Positions 49,938-62,227 of a stretch of 64,000 nt of DNA are shown here, piece by piece (the stretch's first letter is position 1; each line of letters starts with the position of its first letter). The stretch is from Phoronis australis. Its lineage: Eukaryota; Animalia; Phoronida. Both the position numbers and the translations under genes were made by a program. The DNA lies in contig NMRA01000064.1 of NCBI GenBank assembly GCA_002633005.1, positions 1 through 64,000 on the forward strand, read 5' to 3'. Below the pieces are notes generated by a model that did not search any database, was not told the DNA's origin, and was given only the letters and a program-made list of their open reading frames with translations.

Positions 49938-52900
49938 CTATTCAACTCCTTTCTGTTTATCGACTAAGAAGGCGTCTCCAACCGACATATAAGCACTGTC
50001 CTTTTCTACCGGTTTATTACCCTGCGGCTTCTTATGGGACCTCATCTGTACCTGTTGATGTGCAGTAGCCTCAGCTCTTTCCCCACCTTCACAATCACCC
50101 TCAGGTTGCCGAATAACAGAGTACGTCTCCGGATAGAGAAGTTCTTGAATATGATGGGCAATAGAGTCTGGCTTTGCTTGGCAGTGTGCCAGCAATTTCC
50201 TCAAGCCATCTTCTGGAGCCTCATGCTGACTCCTCACCTTCATTTCAAAGATGTCCAACAGATGTCCACAGTCGCTGTGTTGAACTTTCTGCTGGCACCG
50301 TTGAAGCCTTTCGTACGTGTCGATTTCTTCGTCTTTTGTACCCAGTTGTTCTTTGAGAAATTGTATAAATTGCCTTCTGTTTTTAGGATCATCCAGATTC
50401 GTTAACAGCTTGTATCGCAGTAACAGTGGAAGACAGGTTCTCTCAGCCTGTAAAGATCAGTCCTTGTGAATTTAATTTTTCTCTTTGTTACTGGTCAGGA
50501 GAACGTGTAGTACATTGATAATGAGGATTGTTTCCTGATACTATTAGCTGTGTTGATTCATTCAATTTCATTTTAATTGTGACTATAGCTGCAAGAAATT
50601 AAGAAGCTAAAATAACACCATATTTTGTGTTCTTTTGAATGCCTATACTATTAGTAAACGATTCTGAAAGAACATTCAATGGAGTGCTTTTTTGAACCTT
50701 GCTTCCAAGAGAGCTCACATGCGGGCTCTTTTATGCGTCCACATTTGTACATGTGGGTGCATTGTGGCGTCATTCCTATCCAGACAGCATCCCTTCGATG
50801 TATGTTCATGGAAATTTACAGACATGTTCCTTTCATGGATGGGACGGCGTGATCGGACTACCGTTGTGCCCCCTAATTTCATTTTTTCCAATTTTCTCTT
50901 GACAGATTTTTTATGAAATTTGGTAAATAGGTCTCCATTGAAAAATTGATGACGTTTTCCCGTTTTTGGATGGATTCAACATTTTTGCGCCATCTAGTGA
51001 CCATTTTTACTGTTTGCTAATGTGTTTTTGGTGTCCGCCCCTCTATGATCCAAACCACTCAAACGATAATGATGAAAATTGGCATGTATGGTTCTGCTGT
51101 GAAGAGGATGGCTGATGGATGATTTTCGGATGACTCCGACTACTGTGGCATCTCCTAGTGGTGTTTTTAAATCTCTCCTAAATCCTTTGTGGGAACTTTC
51201 ATTATTAAATTTGGCAAGTGTATTTATATGAAATTGACGACAGACGACATCATTTGGACGAATCCGACTTTCGCTGTGCCCCTGGAAATAATTTTTCCCC
51301 CGTTATCTTCTGTTATAATCTTTGAAGCTCCTTAACGGATATTTATGAAATTTAGTAAATGGATTTCTATTCGACAATGACATGTTCCCATTTCCTGATA
51401 GATTTGACATGTAATGGCCACTTTTGTAAACATGAAATTTTGCAAATAGGTTTCTGTTAAGGAGATGACTACGCCTTCTAATTTTCGGACAGATTTGTCA
51501 TACTTTGTGCCACCCGCTGGCCATTTTTAAAAATTTTAAATACGTTTTTGACGTCCCTCTCTCTATCCATCAAACCGCTCGAAGGATCATTATTCTGGGG
51601 GCCCAGGGTCGTAGCTATGAACTCTGACTTGACTCCTACTGGAAACTTAGCCAATCATAATGCCTGAGTACTAACTTGTACGTTTACTCATTCCGTGTAA
51701 TTTATAAATTTTCATCTTTAGTTTTGAGTACTGACATTAGATGCCAGGCCCTTATTTGTCAATCTTCCAATGAACAAAGGCAAATCACCGATAAAATCAT
51801 CACATTGAATTTTTAACTTTTGGTTATATTTTGCAGTATCCAGTTTAGTAATAATTGTTTACCATAGTAGTTGCAGCAGCTGTCACTAAGATGTCCACAC
51901 CGTTGTCTTCACAACCCTGCTGTACATGTAGTTTGTAGGTGTTAGTCCGATGAGTGGTAATAATGAATTCCACACCACTGTATCCATGCTTATACACGGT
52001 AGCTACCTTGATAGTTCTGTCTTCTACCTGTAGATGTCAGTATGGTGTGCTTAAATTGATACCAATCCCGTCTAGCCTATTATCAGATAATTATCACCAC
52101 TAGATTCTATAAATGTTTGAAATAAAATATTACCGCGTTACCCTTGTCAACCCTCAAAAGTTTGGAACAACTTTGATATCATACAAGGACTGTCAAATGG
52201 CCAAGTACCAGACAGACACGCCACAAAAATTCTTTCCTTGAATTACCTCCCCCCCCTTGCCACAGAACCTGAATTCCAACCACACTCACACACTCTTACC
52301 ATGAATAATTTTAGTGTAACTAACTGGAAACACAACATAGACACTGGTCACTTGTACTGAATGCCGGAACGTGATTGGAGTTCAGGTTTCATGGTAAATG
52401 TTTTTTTAAGCATGGCAAGAGTTTTGCAGTGTGTGGTGAAGGTATGCACACCCATGGTAAGAGTAGGTTTCCACCCCCTCTATTGACAGCTGAGGTGATT
52501 GACAGCTGAGGTGATTGACAGCTGAGGTGATTGACAGCTGAGGTGATTGACAGCCTAAATCAAGCCACACTGTCCACTTTCTAACACAACTTGAAATTGT
52601 TTTGAGCTGAAGAACAAGATTATTAGATAATCAGGTTCAAGACATGGGGTAAAATGTCAACTGTTTGGCATGCAATATGGCAAACAATTAAAATTTTATT
52701 TTCTTGTTTTTCACAAAACTTAAATGTCTGTAAGTGATGCTTTGCTGTTTGAATAGTTGTGGGCATTCAAAACAATGTGAAAAATCTTTGAAAAATGAAA
52801 ATTATTACATTTCGACTTTTATTTTTGTTCAAAGTTAGGGAAATGCTATGCTTTGGTACATGTTATGTGATTAGAAATTGTTTCATTGTGGAACATGCAA

Positions 52901-54530
52901 AAAGGTTACTGTGAATGCAAACTGGTCAACCAGCAACGTTTAACATTGATTTGGTCCACTGTTGTGAAAGGAGGATATGTGTTAAGTTTTATTACTTACT
53001 ACTTCTGCAAACCTCAGCTGCACGCTCACATCACCGTCTCCCTCACACAAAGACATTGGCTGTGGTAGGCCTGTTGCCTGGATGCCTTTCATATTAGATA
53101 ATTTGACCTGAAACGAAGCTGTTCGTTGAGCCATTGGGGAAAAAGCATTGTCTGTCTAAAACAATGAATTATCCACTGTAACACACTTCCACTCATTACT
53201 CTTTTATATTGTAGCAAAAACTAATAAATTAATTTAGTTATCAGTTTAATTTGTACAGAGCTTATCCTCTGTTAAGGATATCTCATATATTATTCACAAA
53301 AATTAGCCGCCGTTTTTACAATATTTCACATACCATATGTCTAGCAAAATACCTTATCTTCATTCTTAGGGAACTTCAAATACGAAATATATACTTTGTA
53401 GTGAGAAAAAATAGATTTAGCAGAAGTACATTGGAACCATACATGTGTTCATGTGGGTATGGGTGTAAAGCGGAATGTTTATGGTCTGTTTCATTCCTAG
53501 TGATTTTTTGGTCTTTGTACACTGTAGCATAATATATCCAGACATAGCTTAAATCTGTCCGTATCTCTTAGTACAGTTGAATGACTTAAATGTACGTGGT
53601 GTCACTTACCATAATATCCAAGTCCTTCATCACGTAGCATGTCAGGTGGCGCATGTTGGAGTTGATAGGGCGCTCGTACACTGTCACGTGAGCTGTCTGG
53701 GTATTCGATGCACCTGGATTGTTTGAGGGCATGTCGTCTGCTTCAACAGGATCCTGTCTGACGAATGACTGACTGGGAGCAGTAGCGCCTTCCTCTGAGC
53801 ATTCCTCTTCGTTGTCAGAGATACTTTCTAGCGCATTGCTGGCTCTGATTCGCGTAAAGTGCCACAACCCGATGCTTATCTCCTTCTCGTCGACAAAGTA
53901 ACTGGCGTCTTGTTCTTTAGCATGCTTCCATTCATCATCGGTCTGTTTGATATCAACGCAGACTTTTGCTTTGCTACTGTTATTTTTCCGTTGATAGCAG
54001 ACGTACACAGGTCGCTTGAAGTGAGTTCCTTCCGGCCCCATCTCAATAATGGGCATGACATGTTTTTTTGTGGGTGTATCCTGTGGCTGAATGATTCTCA
54101 TTGTTAACTCTTTAGCCTGTGTGCCGATTGCTCCTGGAGGGACAAACAGAAACACATTATGTTCATTACTCGTTAGGAAGCCACCTCTTTCATCAAACTC
54201 ACCCCTCACCGTGGTGGGCGGTGACAGGTTTGCTACATCCTGGTTAGAGTCGATGGTTGTGTTGTCGCTTGAATCAGCTGTGCTGCTCTCTTTCTCAGTA
54301 CTTTCATGCCCGTGTGGAACACTGCCTGTCGGACCTTTAGTCCCACCATCTGTCTCACCTCCTGTCCTACTAGTATCACTCATAGTCTCATTTTCAGCAT
54401 TCTGAAACTGGTCTATCCGTGTGTTATTTTGACTCTTAAAAATGTTGCTTTCCAGGATGTAATCTTTTTTATGCTGCTTTCCGGAGGTATTGTGTGCCTT
54501 TTTAGAGGCAAAAGGTTTGAATGTACGTCT
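49938..54530 (-). CDS. Gene B: disordered N-terminus - ZU5 - linker - UPA-like - death-domain-like protein; exons 54530-53610, 53107-53000, 52027-51863, 50447-49938
   Basis: All junctions phase 0 with GT-AG. ZU5 FDERGGFL...VFLFVPPGAI...PIIEMGPEGTHFKRPV...W...HFT; exons of 108 and 165 nt match gene A's 117- and 165-nt exons; last exon LPLLLRYKLLTNLDDP...LLDIFE...GLRKLL is death-fold-like and ends in TAG at 49938. Confidence 0.8.
50690..51600. repeat. Unclassified interspersed repeat with internal subrepeats
   Basis: Recurring ATGAAATTT.GTAAAT.G blocks (about 50913, 51345, 51432) and GTCC..C.CT.TAT...C.AAACC.CTC blocks (about 51033, 51553). Confidence 0.45.
52482..52554. repeat. 16-bp tandem repeat (ATTGACAGCTGAGGTG) x4.5
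   Basis: Perfect copies in a gene B intron. Confidence 0.9.
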
Positions 54531-57436
54531 CTGCAATGAAGAAAAAGGTTACTATTAATGTAAGAATTGCTAAAAATACCCAGCAGTGATGGAAGTGTGT
54601 AGCGAAAATGATGAGACAAACATTCCATTTCCCTGTCATGATTCTGACTACTACTAACACCCAGCCATCATGACGGGGAATTCTGCTGGCGTAAGTCATC
54701 ATGGTGATGTCATGTGACTGAAAAAATAGCCTAATGGATGAGAGGCTTGCTGAACACCTTGTACCGTATATTGGAATATTTCAAAACAGTATTTGGGTAT
54801 GACTTAGTGAAAACCTAACCTGTAGTCAGTAAATTTCCTCCTTAATTTCTGTTGTGCATTCTGAATCCCTTGAAACAAAATTGAAGGTTGGTTAAATATT
54901 CACTCATTTTTTTCACGCCTAACTGCTTCCTTACAGCACTTCCTCATGAAGTGTACATTAGGTCCCCATAACATGTATTATTTAGACTTTCCCATGGCCT
55001 TGAACCATGTATAATACCCTGGATACAATCAGTAAGGAAGTTTTCTGGCCTCAACCTATTGTTTAGCAATGCTGTTGAGTTCAAGGGTCATAGATACACT
55101 GTTTTTCCATGTTCCTCTTTAAAATGTGTAAAATATAATGTGTGTTGTCCTATGACTCATAACTTAAGAAAAGCAAAGAAAATTGTTTTTGAGTGACTAG
55201 CTTATAATATTACACACATTTAATTTTTCCAAAAAAGCTCATTTTTTCTTGATGGCTTTTCCAAGAAATACAGTTTTCAAAACCTTCCAATAGTCTTATT
55301 TAAGTCACCAATACACAATTATGACCAAGAAGTCATCATCACACTGTTTTTTGTACTTTGTTTCTGAGATTTGGCAAATACACAACATTCAGTCAAAATT
55401 CCAACTTCATATCAAAACAACTTAAGTTATAATCAATTTAAATAAAAACCCTGGCACAGATTTGAAATTCATTTGTATTAGATTTCAAATTTTTAATTCG
55501 TAAAAATTGAACAAAAGATAGCTGAGAAATAAACTTGAGGTATTGCCACTATTGCGAAATTATGAACTGAGATAACATAGGTGTTTAATGTTTTTCAGTT
55601 ATATGCTACTTTTGTCCAACTTTCACTGAAAATCTGTGCATATAGTGCTCCAGTTTTACCTAACATTGGTAAAAAGCGATCAGAGGGTACTTTCTATCAC
55701 ATAATAACCAACTTTTCAGTTGTGCATTGCAATATTTGAGCTTTTTTCTTAAAGTTTGTCTGCTTCTCAGACCCAAGTCCAACATGTCTGCTTGGTCTAT
55801 TGTGCATTTTGACAAAGGAGCTTTGTGTGGTGGTGTGATAATTGGTCAATTTGTGGTCTAAGCTCCTGGATTCTTACAGTGAGCTAACAACTAAGTCTGT
55901 GGAGCAGCCACATAGGAAAAGGAATTTTCAGAGATGTGGTTTAAATGACAACTATTCACTTTAAGTTTCCAGTCCGTTTCATTTTGTCAGGAGCATGTAA
56001 ATTGATAATCAAAGTTTTAGACGATATAAGAATTCAAAAACTGTCAAAAATTTAAAATTCAGTGGATACACCCTCCTTAAATGTCTTAGACTGAGATTCT
56101 TCTCAAAGCCTCGAAGACCCATATGAAGTGAGAAAAAACCTACCCAAAGTCAGAATGGGTTGTCTCATTGAAAAACATGGTAATATCTTATGTAATGTCT
56201 CAACATCTTGTTTTTCTAGCAAGGATCTAGCGTTGCTGAACTTGGTTCTGTTCCTACTCAAAATACAGTTTCACTTGTCCACGATATTGGTTGCTTTCAT
56301 AGTACAACATTAAAAGTGCGCAACTTTGTTTTAATTTTGTTTTGAAAAGCACGCCTGCATACACCGTATTCTCTGGTCTTCAGAACAAGGCTGTGACTTC
56401 ACGGCTAAGATGATATAGTTATGGGCTGTTAAAGCTTTGATTTTACTTGGGTTTTTACTCTGTACTTTGTGAAAACAGGATATGAAAAGCAGGGAAATGT
56501 TAAATTAGCCACACTGTCAATTTTCGAAGTATCGTCTCGCACCAAGTATCTTTTGTCTTGATACTTTACTGGCGTTTTACGCTTTCGTATTCAGTACAGT
56601 GTTGTCAACAGGATCCAGTGTCCAACCTCTGTCACAATGGCTCTCCGTTCATAAGGAAATGCATACTTTCATTGGCACTGTTTGAGTTTTTATGGTCGAC
56701 TAGGAGATGGTGAGTAATGCAAAATGAGGTTACACAAGGTTAGGCATATGTTACTCTGATTTTCTACAAATATAAATTATATGTTGATATTCAAAACCAA
56801 AACCAAGTCAGCTGTAAGGCAGTGGTTATACATGTAAACATTTCTGTTATCAATTCATTGGCTCTAAAACTTTGTTTCCCAAGTGTTGCTTTATAGGAAT
56901 TTTTATCCAACTGTTTATGTTCATCAGTTAACATTCTAATAGCTAATTTTCTGTAAAAGTTCCAGTAATTTCTGTTTTTCATATAGGATGTTGTTGTTTT
57001 TCAAATGCATTATGGGATGATTGTCGGTTTGTAAACATCTTGGTTGCATCATAGAAAAAACTGGGTGACTTGTAAACAATTTGGTGGAAAATAGCACTTG
57101 TCACTTGAACTCACCGTATTTGAAAGCGTATGTCCACTGCAACATAATTTTTGGTGCAAGTGTGACTTAACAACAATCATATAAAAATTAAAATATGCAT
57201 CAAATGAACAATAGGTTTTTTGCAAAATATTTAGTGAGATTCTAGGACTATACCAGGTGAGAATGTATCTTGAGGCACATACCGTCCAATAACACTGAGG
57301 TTAACGTCCCTCTTAAAATGCAGGGCCTACGTACCGTAGATGCGAGAAACTCTTAAAAATGCAAGATTAGACATGACTGTGAAATATTGCCACGTATTAC
57401 AAGCAAAGAACGTGGTTACTCTGACGTCATACATTA

Positions 57437-57700
57437 AATTCATGCATCTACGGAATACAGCCCAGGTTTACACAATTCATGCATCTACAGAATACAGCCC
57501 AAGTTTATACAATTCATGCATCTACAGAATACAGCCCAAGTTTACACAATTCATGCATCTAAAGAATACATCCCAGGTTTACACAATTCATGCATCTACA
57601 GAATACAGCCCAAGTTTACACAATTCATGCATCTACAGAATGCAGCCCAAGTTTACAAAATTCATGTATCTACAGAATATAGCCCAGGTTTACACAATTC
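57437..57700. repeat. 37-bp minisatellite, ~7 copies
   Basis: TTCATGCATCTACAGAATACAGCCCAAGTTTACACAA repeated. Confidence 0.9.
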
Positions 57701-58140
57701 TCAGTTTTCAGTGATTTCACTAGATGTTCATGAGACAACAACCGTCCCACAATGCATTTGAAAAACAAGCATCAGCGCTGCTAGTGAGTAAGTTTTGGTG
57801 TGGAAGAAATTCTGCAAATTAATGCTGCGTGTTTCATTGAAAATCAGTTTTCTACTAGCTAAGTTTCCAAACTTCCTCAATTTGGGAAAATTATGCCATT
57901 TTGAGCCTTTACCAATTCTTCAACTTTGTCTCAAGAGTCAAACCAAATGTTTTAGTGGGAAGTGTCCCTGCTCAGGCCTGTCATACAATTTAGTTGCTAA
58001 AGACTGTAACGAGTAGCCAAGCCACCAACTCGGGGATGGTCAAATGTAACTGTCATGTTTATTAATTTCTCATGGAGCCTGAGTGGATCATAGCTTGACC
58101 AGTTTATGGTTGACGAAGTCTTTAAGATGGCGTCATGACC

Positions 58141-59302
58141 AATAGCTCACTTGCGAGTTTCTCGCTAGTCACTGTGACGTCACCGGAAAAGGGGCAAAAC
58201 CCGCCATATTGCTCTTGTTTCATGCCCCGAGTCTTTGCTACACACGCTAAAACTTACTGGAGTTCTTATGGTGAATTTTACGCTTAAAACGTTAAAACAA
58301 CTTAAGATATGGTAGATGGGTCGTGGAATATCTGTGAATAGACGAAGAAAATGTGACCTTGTTATGTTGTGCGAAGCTGTGAACGGACTGAAATTGGAAC
58401 TTAACCCGCTCTAGGCCTGAATGGCGCAGGCATACAGGGGCGATAGTGTATCCCCATGAAAAGATATTTACTTCAAAATACAGCAAATAAAATCAAATGA
58501 AACATGCATATGTGCACATGAAGTTATAATTAACACATACCCTGACTCTGGACACAATTTAGTCTACAAATATCTTGAGCGGTTCTCTCGAGTTTCTCTC
58601 ACTAAAGAGCCGCCATTTTGAGGAAGTTACGTGAAATCACGCCTGTTGACGAACAAAAAGTCCAAGGGACACAAATCTTACAAATTTCACTTGATATTTT
58701 CTCATGCTATTTTGCAAGTGTCACGCGCCAGGTCACGCGCCAGATCTCGCGCTTCGCTCAGTCTCGCGCTAGCCTTTGCCTCATACTCACCTGACTCAGT
58801 TGAAATACTTGATTGTGGTAATCGCGCGCGCGGACAAAGTTAACAGTAACCACAAAGTGGAGTTGGAATTCTTCGCCTAAGTCACCTGAATTCCCGTATA
58901 TATGCTTCATCGAAGATATGTTTAGAAGCAGAAAGAGTCACTGAAGAAAGTAAGAGCCTTTTAGGTGCTAATTTTAGGTGTAGAATGTATTTTCGACGAG
59001 GTGAAAACTTTATCAGTGAGCGGATTTCGCCTACCGCCCGTTTAAAATACACGGGACGAAATTAGTACAGAACGCGATAGAACGTATTGTAGTGCGAATC
59101 TGAAGTTCATTTGCCATAACAGCGATGCTTTTGGGCATTTTTCGAACTAAACGGCTAAAAACTCGAAGACAATAACAGAATACACTCTGCTACCGTATTG
59201 GGCAAATGACCAAACGACAAGCTTTTGCCCCACTTCCGTTGACGTCACAGTTAAGTCTCACATAATCTCGCGTTATTGTTATAAACTCGCAAAAGGCCTA
59301 TT
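58141..59302. mobile_element. CpG-rich non-autonomous DNA element (MITE-like)
   Basis: Imperfect inverted ends AATAGCTCACTTGCGAGTTT / AAACTCGCAAAAGGCCTATT and subterminal CTGTGACGTCACCGGAA..GGGGCAAAA / TTTTGCCCCACTTCCGTTGACGTCACAG. Confidence 0.6.
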
Positions 59303-59669
59303 TACAGTGTACCAGTAGTACTGTGGGCCAATGGAAATAATTATAATAATAGGTTGATAAATGTTATAAAACAACTTTTAGATATATCATTTCTGCACAT
59401 CAGTGCTATTTGAAAGTCCACTCAACTGAATGTCCCAGATTGGCCTTTTTGGCCCATGACCTGAGTGAGTCATGGAAAGGTGCAGAAGACACGTCTACTT
59501 TTCTGCAGGTACATCTCAGCCAATCTGACCAAGAGCGCTAGCACTAAAAACAGAGATCCAAAACAAAACTACTTAAAATGCCATTTGACAAGTATCCAGA
59601 TAGTCTTGTGGGTACCCCTGAGGTAGGTTCCGGTGCCCCTAGATCAATGTTGAATCTTCTAATACTTAC

Positions 59670-59696
59670 CATCACCGTCTTGTTCTTGTTTGCCAT
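59670..59696 (-). CDS. Candidate first coding exon of gene B (MANKNKTVM)
   Basis: ATG in CCAATGG context with an upstream in-frame stop, strong ATG|GTAAGT donor, phase 0 compatible with the 54530 acceptor. Not confirmed. Confidence 0.35.
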
Positions 59697-61779
59697 TGGA
59701 AAGATCTTGCCAAAATTCCAGTAGGACTGTCTGGATTTTTAGACAAGTCCCTGAGGCCTTTTGGCTTGTTATGGTTTAGATAAACTATTACAAATTATTT
59801 AGTACATTATTCTCAACTGAAGGTGGGAATTCCCCAAATTTCCTTGGCTCTATTTATCTCATTGTTGATTGTGGGTCAAATGTCATCAATTGAGGAAGCA
59901 AACCTAATCGAGGAAGTTAATCTCGTTTATTCTCTGATTCAAATTAAAATGAATATTTTGTATGTTTTCATCAGAAAAAGTCATGATCTTGGTCCTGCAT
60001 ACAAAAAATCTTTTAAGCTAATGTCTTTGAATACTCTGATAATAATAATAATGATAACAATAATAATAATAATTGCCAAAAATTTTTATTACTGTCATCA
60101 GAAGTTTGAAACATTCAAATCTTTGTGCAAACTCATAAAAATATTGTTTGGTTTTAATTCCAAGCAATTTGAAGCCAATCAAAACCTGTAAACACAACTT
60201 TAAAAGTCGGGTTGCACATTAGCATATTTTTGGCATTGCTCTGTGTTACCATTTGAGTTATGAGAAAATCCTCTACAACGAAAAAGTCAAAATAATAGAA
60301 ATGACAATGACTGCCGCTGATTGAGCTGTGATAAAGTTAAAATGAATACTTGGATCTTCCTTAACTGTTATTGTTTGGTTAGGCAAGAATAAAATCCATT
60401 TTATTGAGTATAATAAGCACTGCTTTACCTTTTCTGTTGAGCTCTCATGCTTGTAAGTTAGCAATAATGCCTCAGTAATGACATTGCGATTTTACGGGTT
60501 AGGTTTGCATTTTTAAACAATTTCCTTAAAATCAAGCAAAACTAATCGTGATGGATGAGCCAATGGACGTCATTTCACTACTAATAATAGATCTGTTTTT
60601 CAAATCACAGATTAGTATCATATTGGACTTTAAACTAATCACCTAAGGTAAAAGGTTTTTAGTGTGGGACAAAATAGTCGCTAAATTTGACATATGTCTA
60701 CATTCCTACAGTTTTGAAAATTCTAATACTGTAACTGCTGAACACTTTAAAAAATTCTTAATTTTTTATTCGATTGATAAATCGGACAAAATAAAATTCA
60801 GATTCCACCTATTACTCAGTTTTGGTGGAGTGCTTGTGACACTACAGAACGTATGAATCTCCTTCAAAAAGTTTAAACATGTTGTAACATATTAAAATAT
60901 TTTAACAGTTCTACAAGAGTTGTGTCACCTCATACAGGTATTACTTATTGGTACTAGTAAGAAAAGCTTAGTCTTGATGAGGGTTCATGGAATGTTGACT
61001 TTTAAGTTGTACCTACGACAAGATGTGAATAGGTGTGAAACTGAAAGTACTCTCTTCGACATTTGGTTGTATTGTCACCAGCGTCGGTTGAGATACAAGG
61101 TCAAGGATATCACGTACTTGCATTGAAAAACGAATCTTGTGTCTTGTTAGTTTTTTTCGGGTTTTACATGAAATATTTTATTTTTCACTCATAATTATTT
61201 AATGCAGGTCTTTCAGCTACCGTGTTATGATAAGTTCTGTCCCAATTTACAGTGACCGCGGTCTGTAATAAGCTGCTTCTATTGGGTGATAGAGTTTGTA
61301 CATGTACATATTTATCAAGTGATATGTACTACCTACATTGTGGCTGATATATTGATTTCCAAAAGCACTGAGATTTAACACTATTTTTAAACTGTATGCA
61401 TTCATTAATTTACTTAATTACAGTGTCTCAAATTGAGAAACTTTATTTGTAATCATATTTTAACTGATTCCTGGTCCGTCTCTAACGCACGCATGTCACC
61501 ATTTAGGAATGTTGAGCAATTGCCCGCTACCGTATCAAAGGTGATGTGATTGTTGTTAGTGCCTTGCAATAGAGGGAAAGTACCGTAGCAGTAAACTGGC
61601 ACAGATTGGCTCCTGATAAAACTCCTCCCCGTCATAAGATTATCTTTCAAGTGGATTAAAAGTCCTATACCTGCTACTACCCTGTATTGACATGTAGTAT
61701 CCAGTTATGTGAAATTGAGGCTTCGGTTGTTCAGATTATTCCGACAAAATTTCAGAATTATTTCTTAACTCATCCATTT

Positions 61780-62227
61780 TATTTATAAGGGCTTCTGACA
61801 TTGCCATAGGATGCCTTCAAAATGTTGAGTGGTGGTGATTATTGCACAGAGCTTGGAATTCTTAAAGAGATCATTTGATGCTAGTAATTTCACTTGATGA
61901 GTTTTCTTGTCCCCCATATTTCGGCGTACTTTTCATTCTTCACTACCGCGAGCCACTTCCGAAGCTTTGTGGACTCTCGAGTAAATCAAAAAATGATATA
62001 CCCGCTTTCCTCGCAGCTTCATAGTTCGCACAAGTGGGAACGATACACCACACCATAGCGGCACTCACTCTACTGAATAACAACTGTCGCCGCTACGTCA
62101 TTTCTCACCTTCCTCACAGGTTAACATGACACTCTCGGCAAGGTAAGATTGACCGTATATGAGGTGATGTGAATATAGACCAATTAAGACAGTAAAAATG
62201 ACTAATTAAATCGGGTGACATTCTCCT
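61780..62227 (-). mobile_element. Partial second copy of the Kolobok element (THAP end)
   Basis: Aligns with 13700-13996; reads MVWCIVPTCANYEAARKAGISFF on the minus strand; ends GACATTCTCCT|TTAA. The other terminus was not found. Confidence 0.75.

Noticed and set aside
25416-54530. Calling genes A/B UNC5 netrin receptors, PIDD1 or ankyrin
   Set aside because: No Ig/TSP1, LRR or ankyrin-repeat exons were found and each gene has one ZU5 domain, so no gene symbol is assigned.
54502-54702. Hydrophobic 66-aa ORF that could supply a TM helix to gene B
   Set aside because: It is in a different frame from the ZU5 exon and overlaps the polypyrimidine tract/acceptor, which explains its Phe/Leu/Ile richness. 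A TM exon further upstream cannot be fully excluded.
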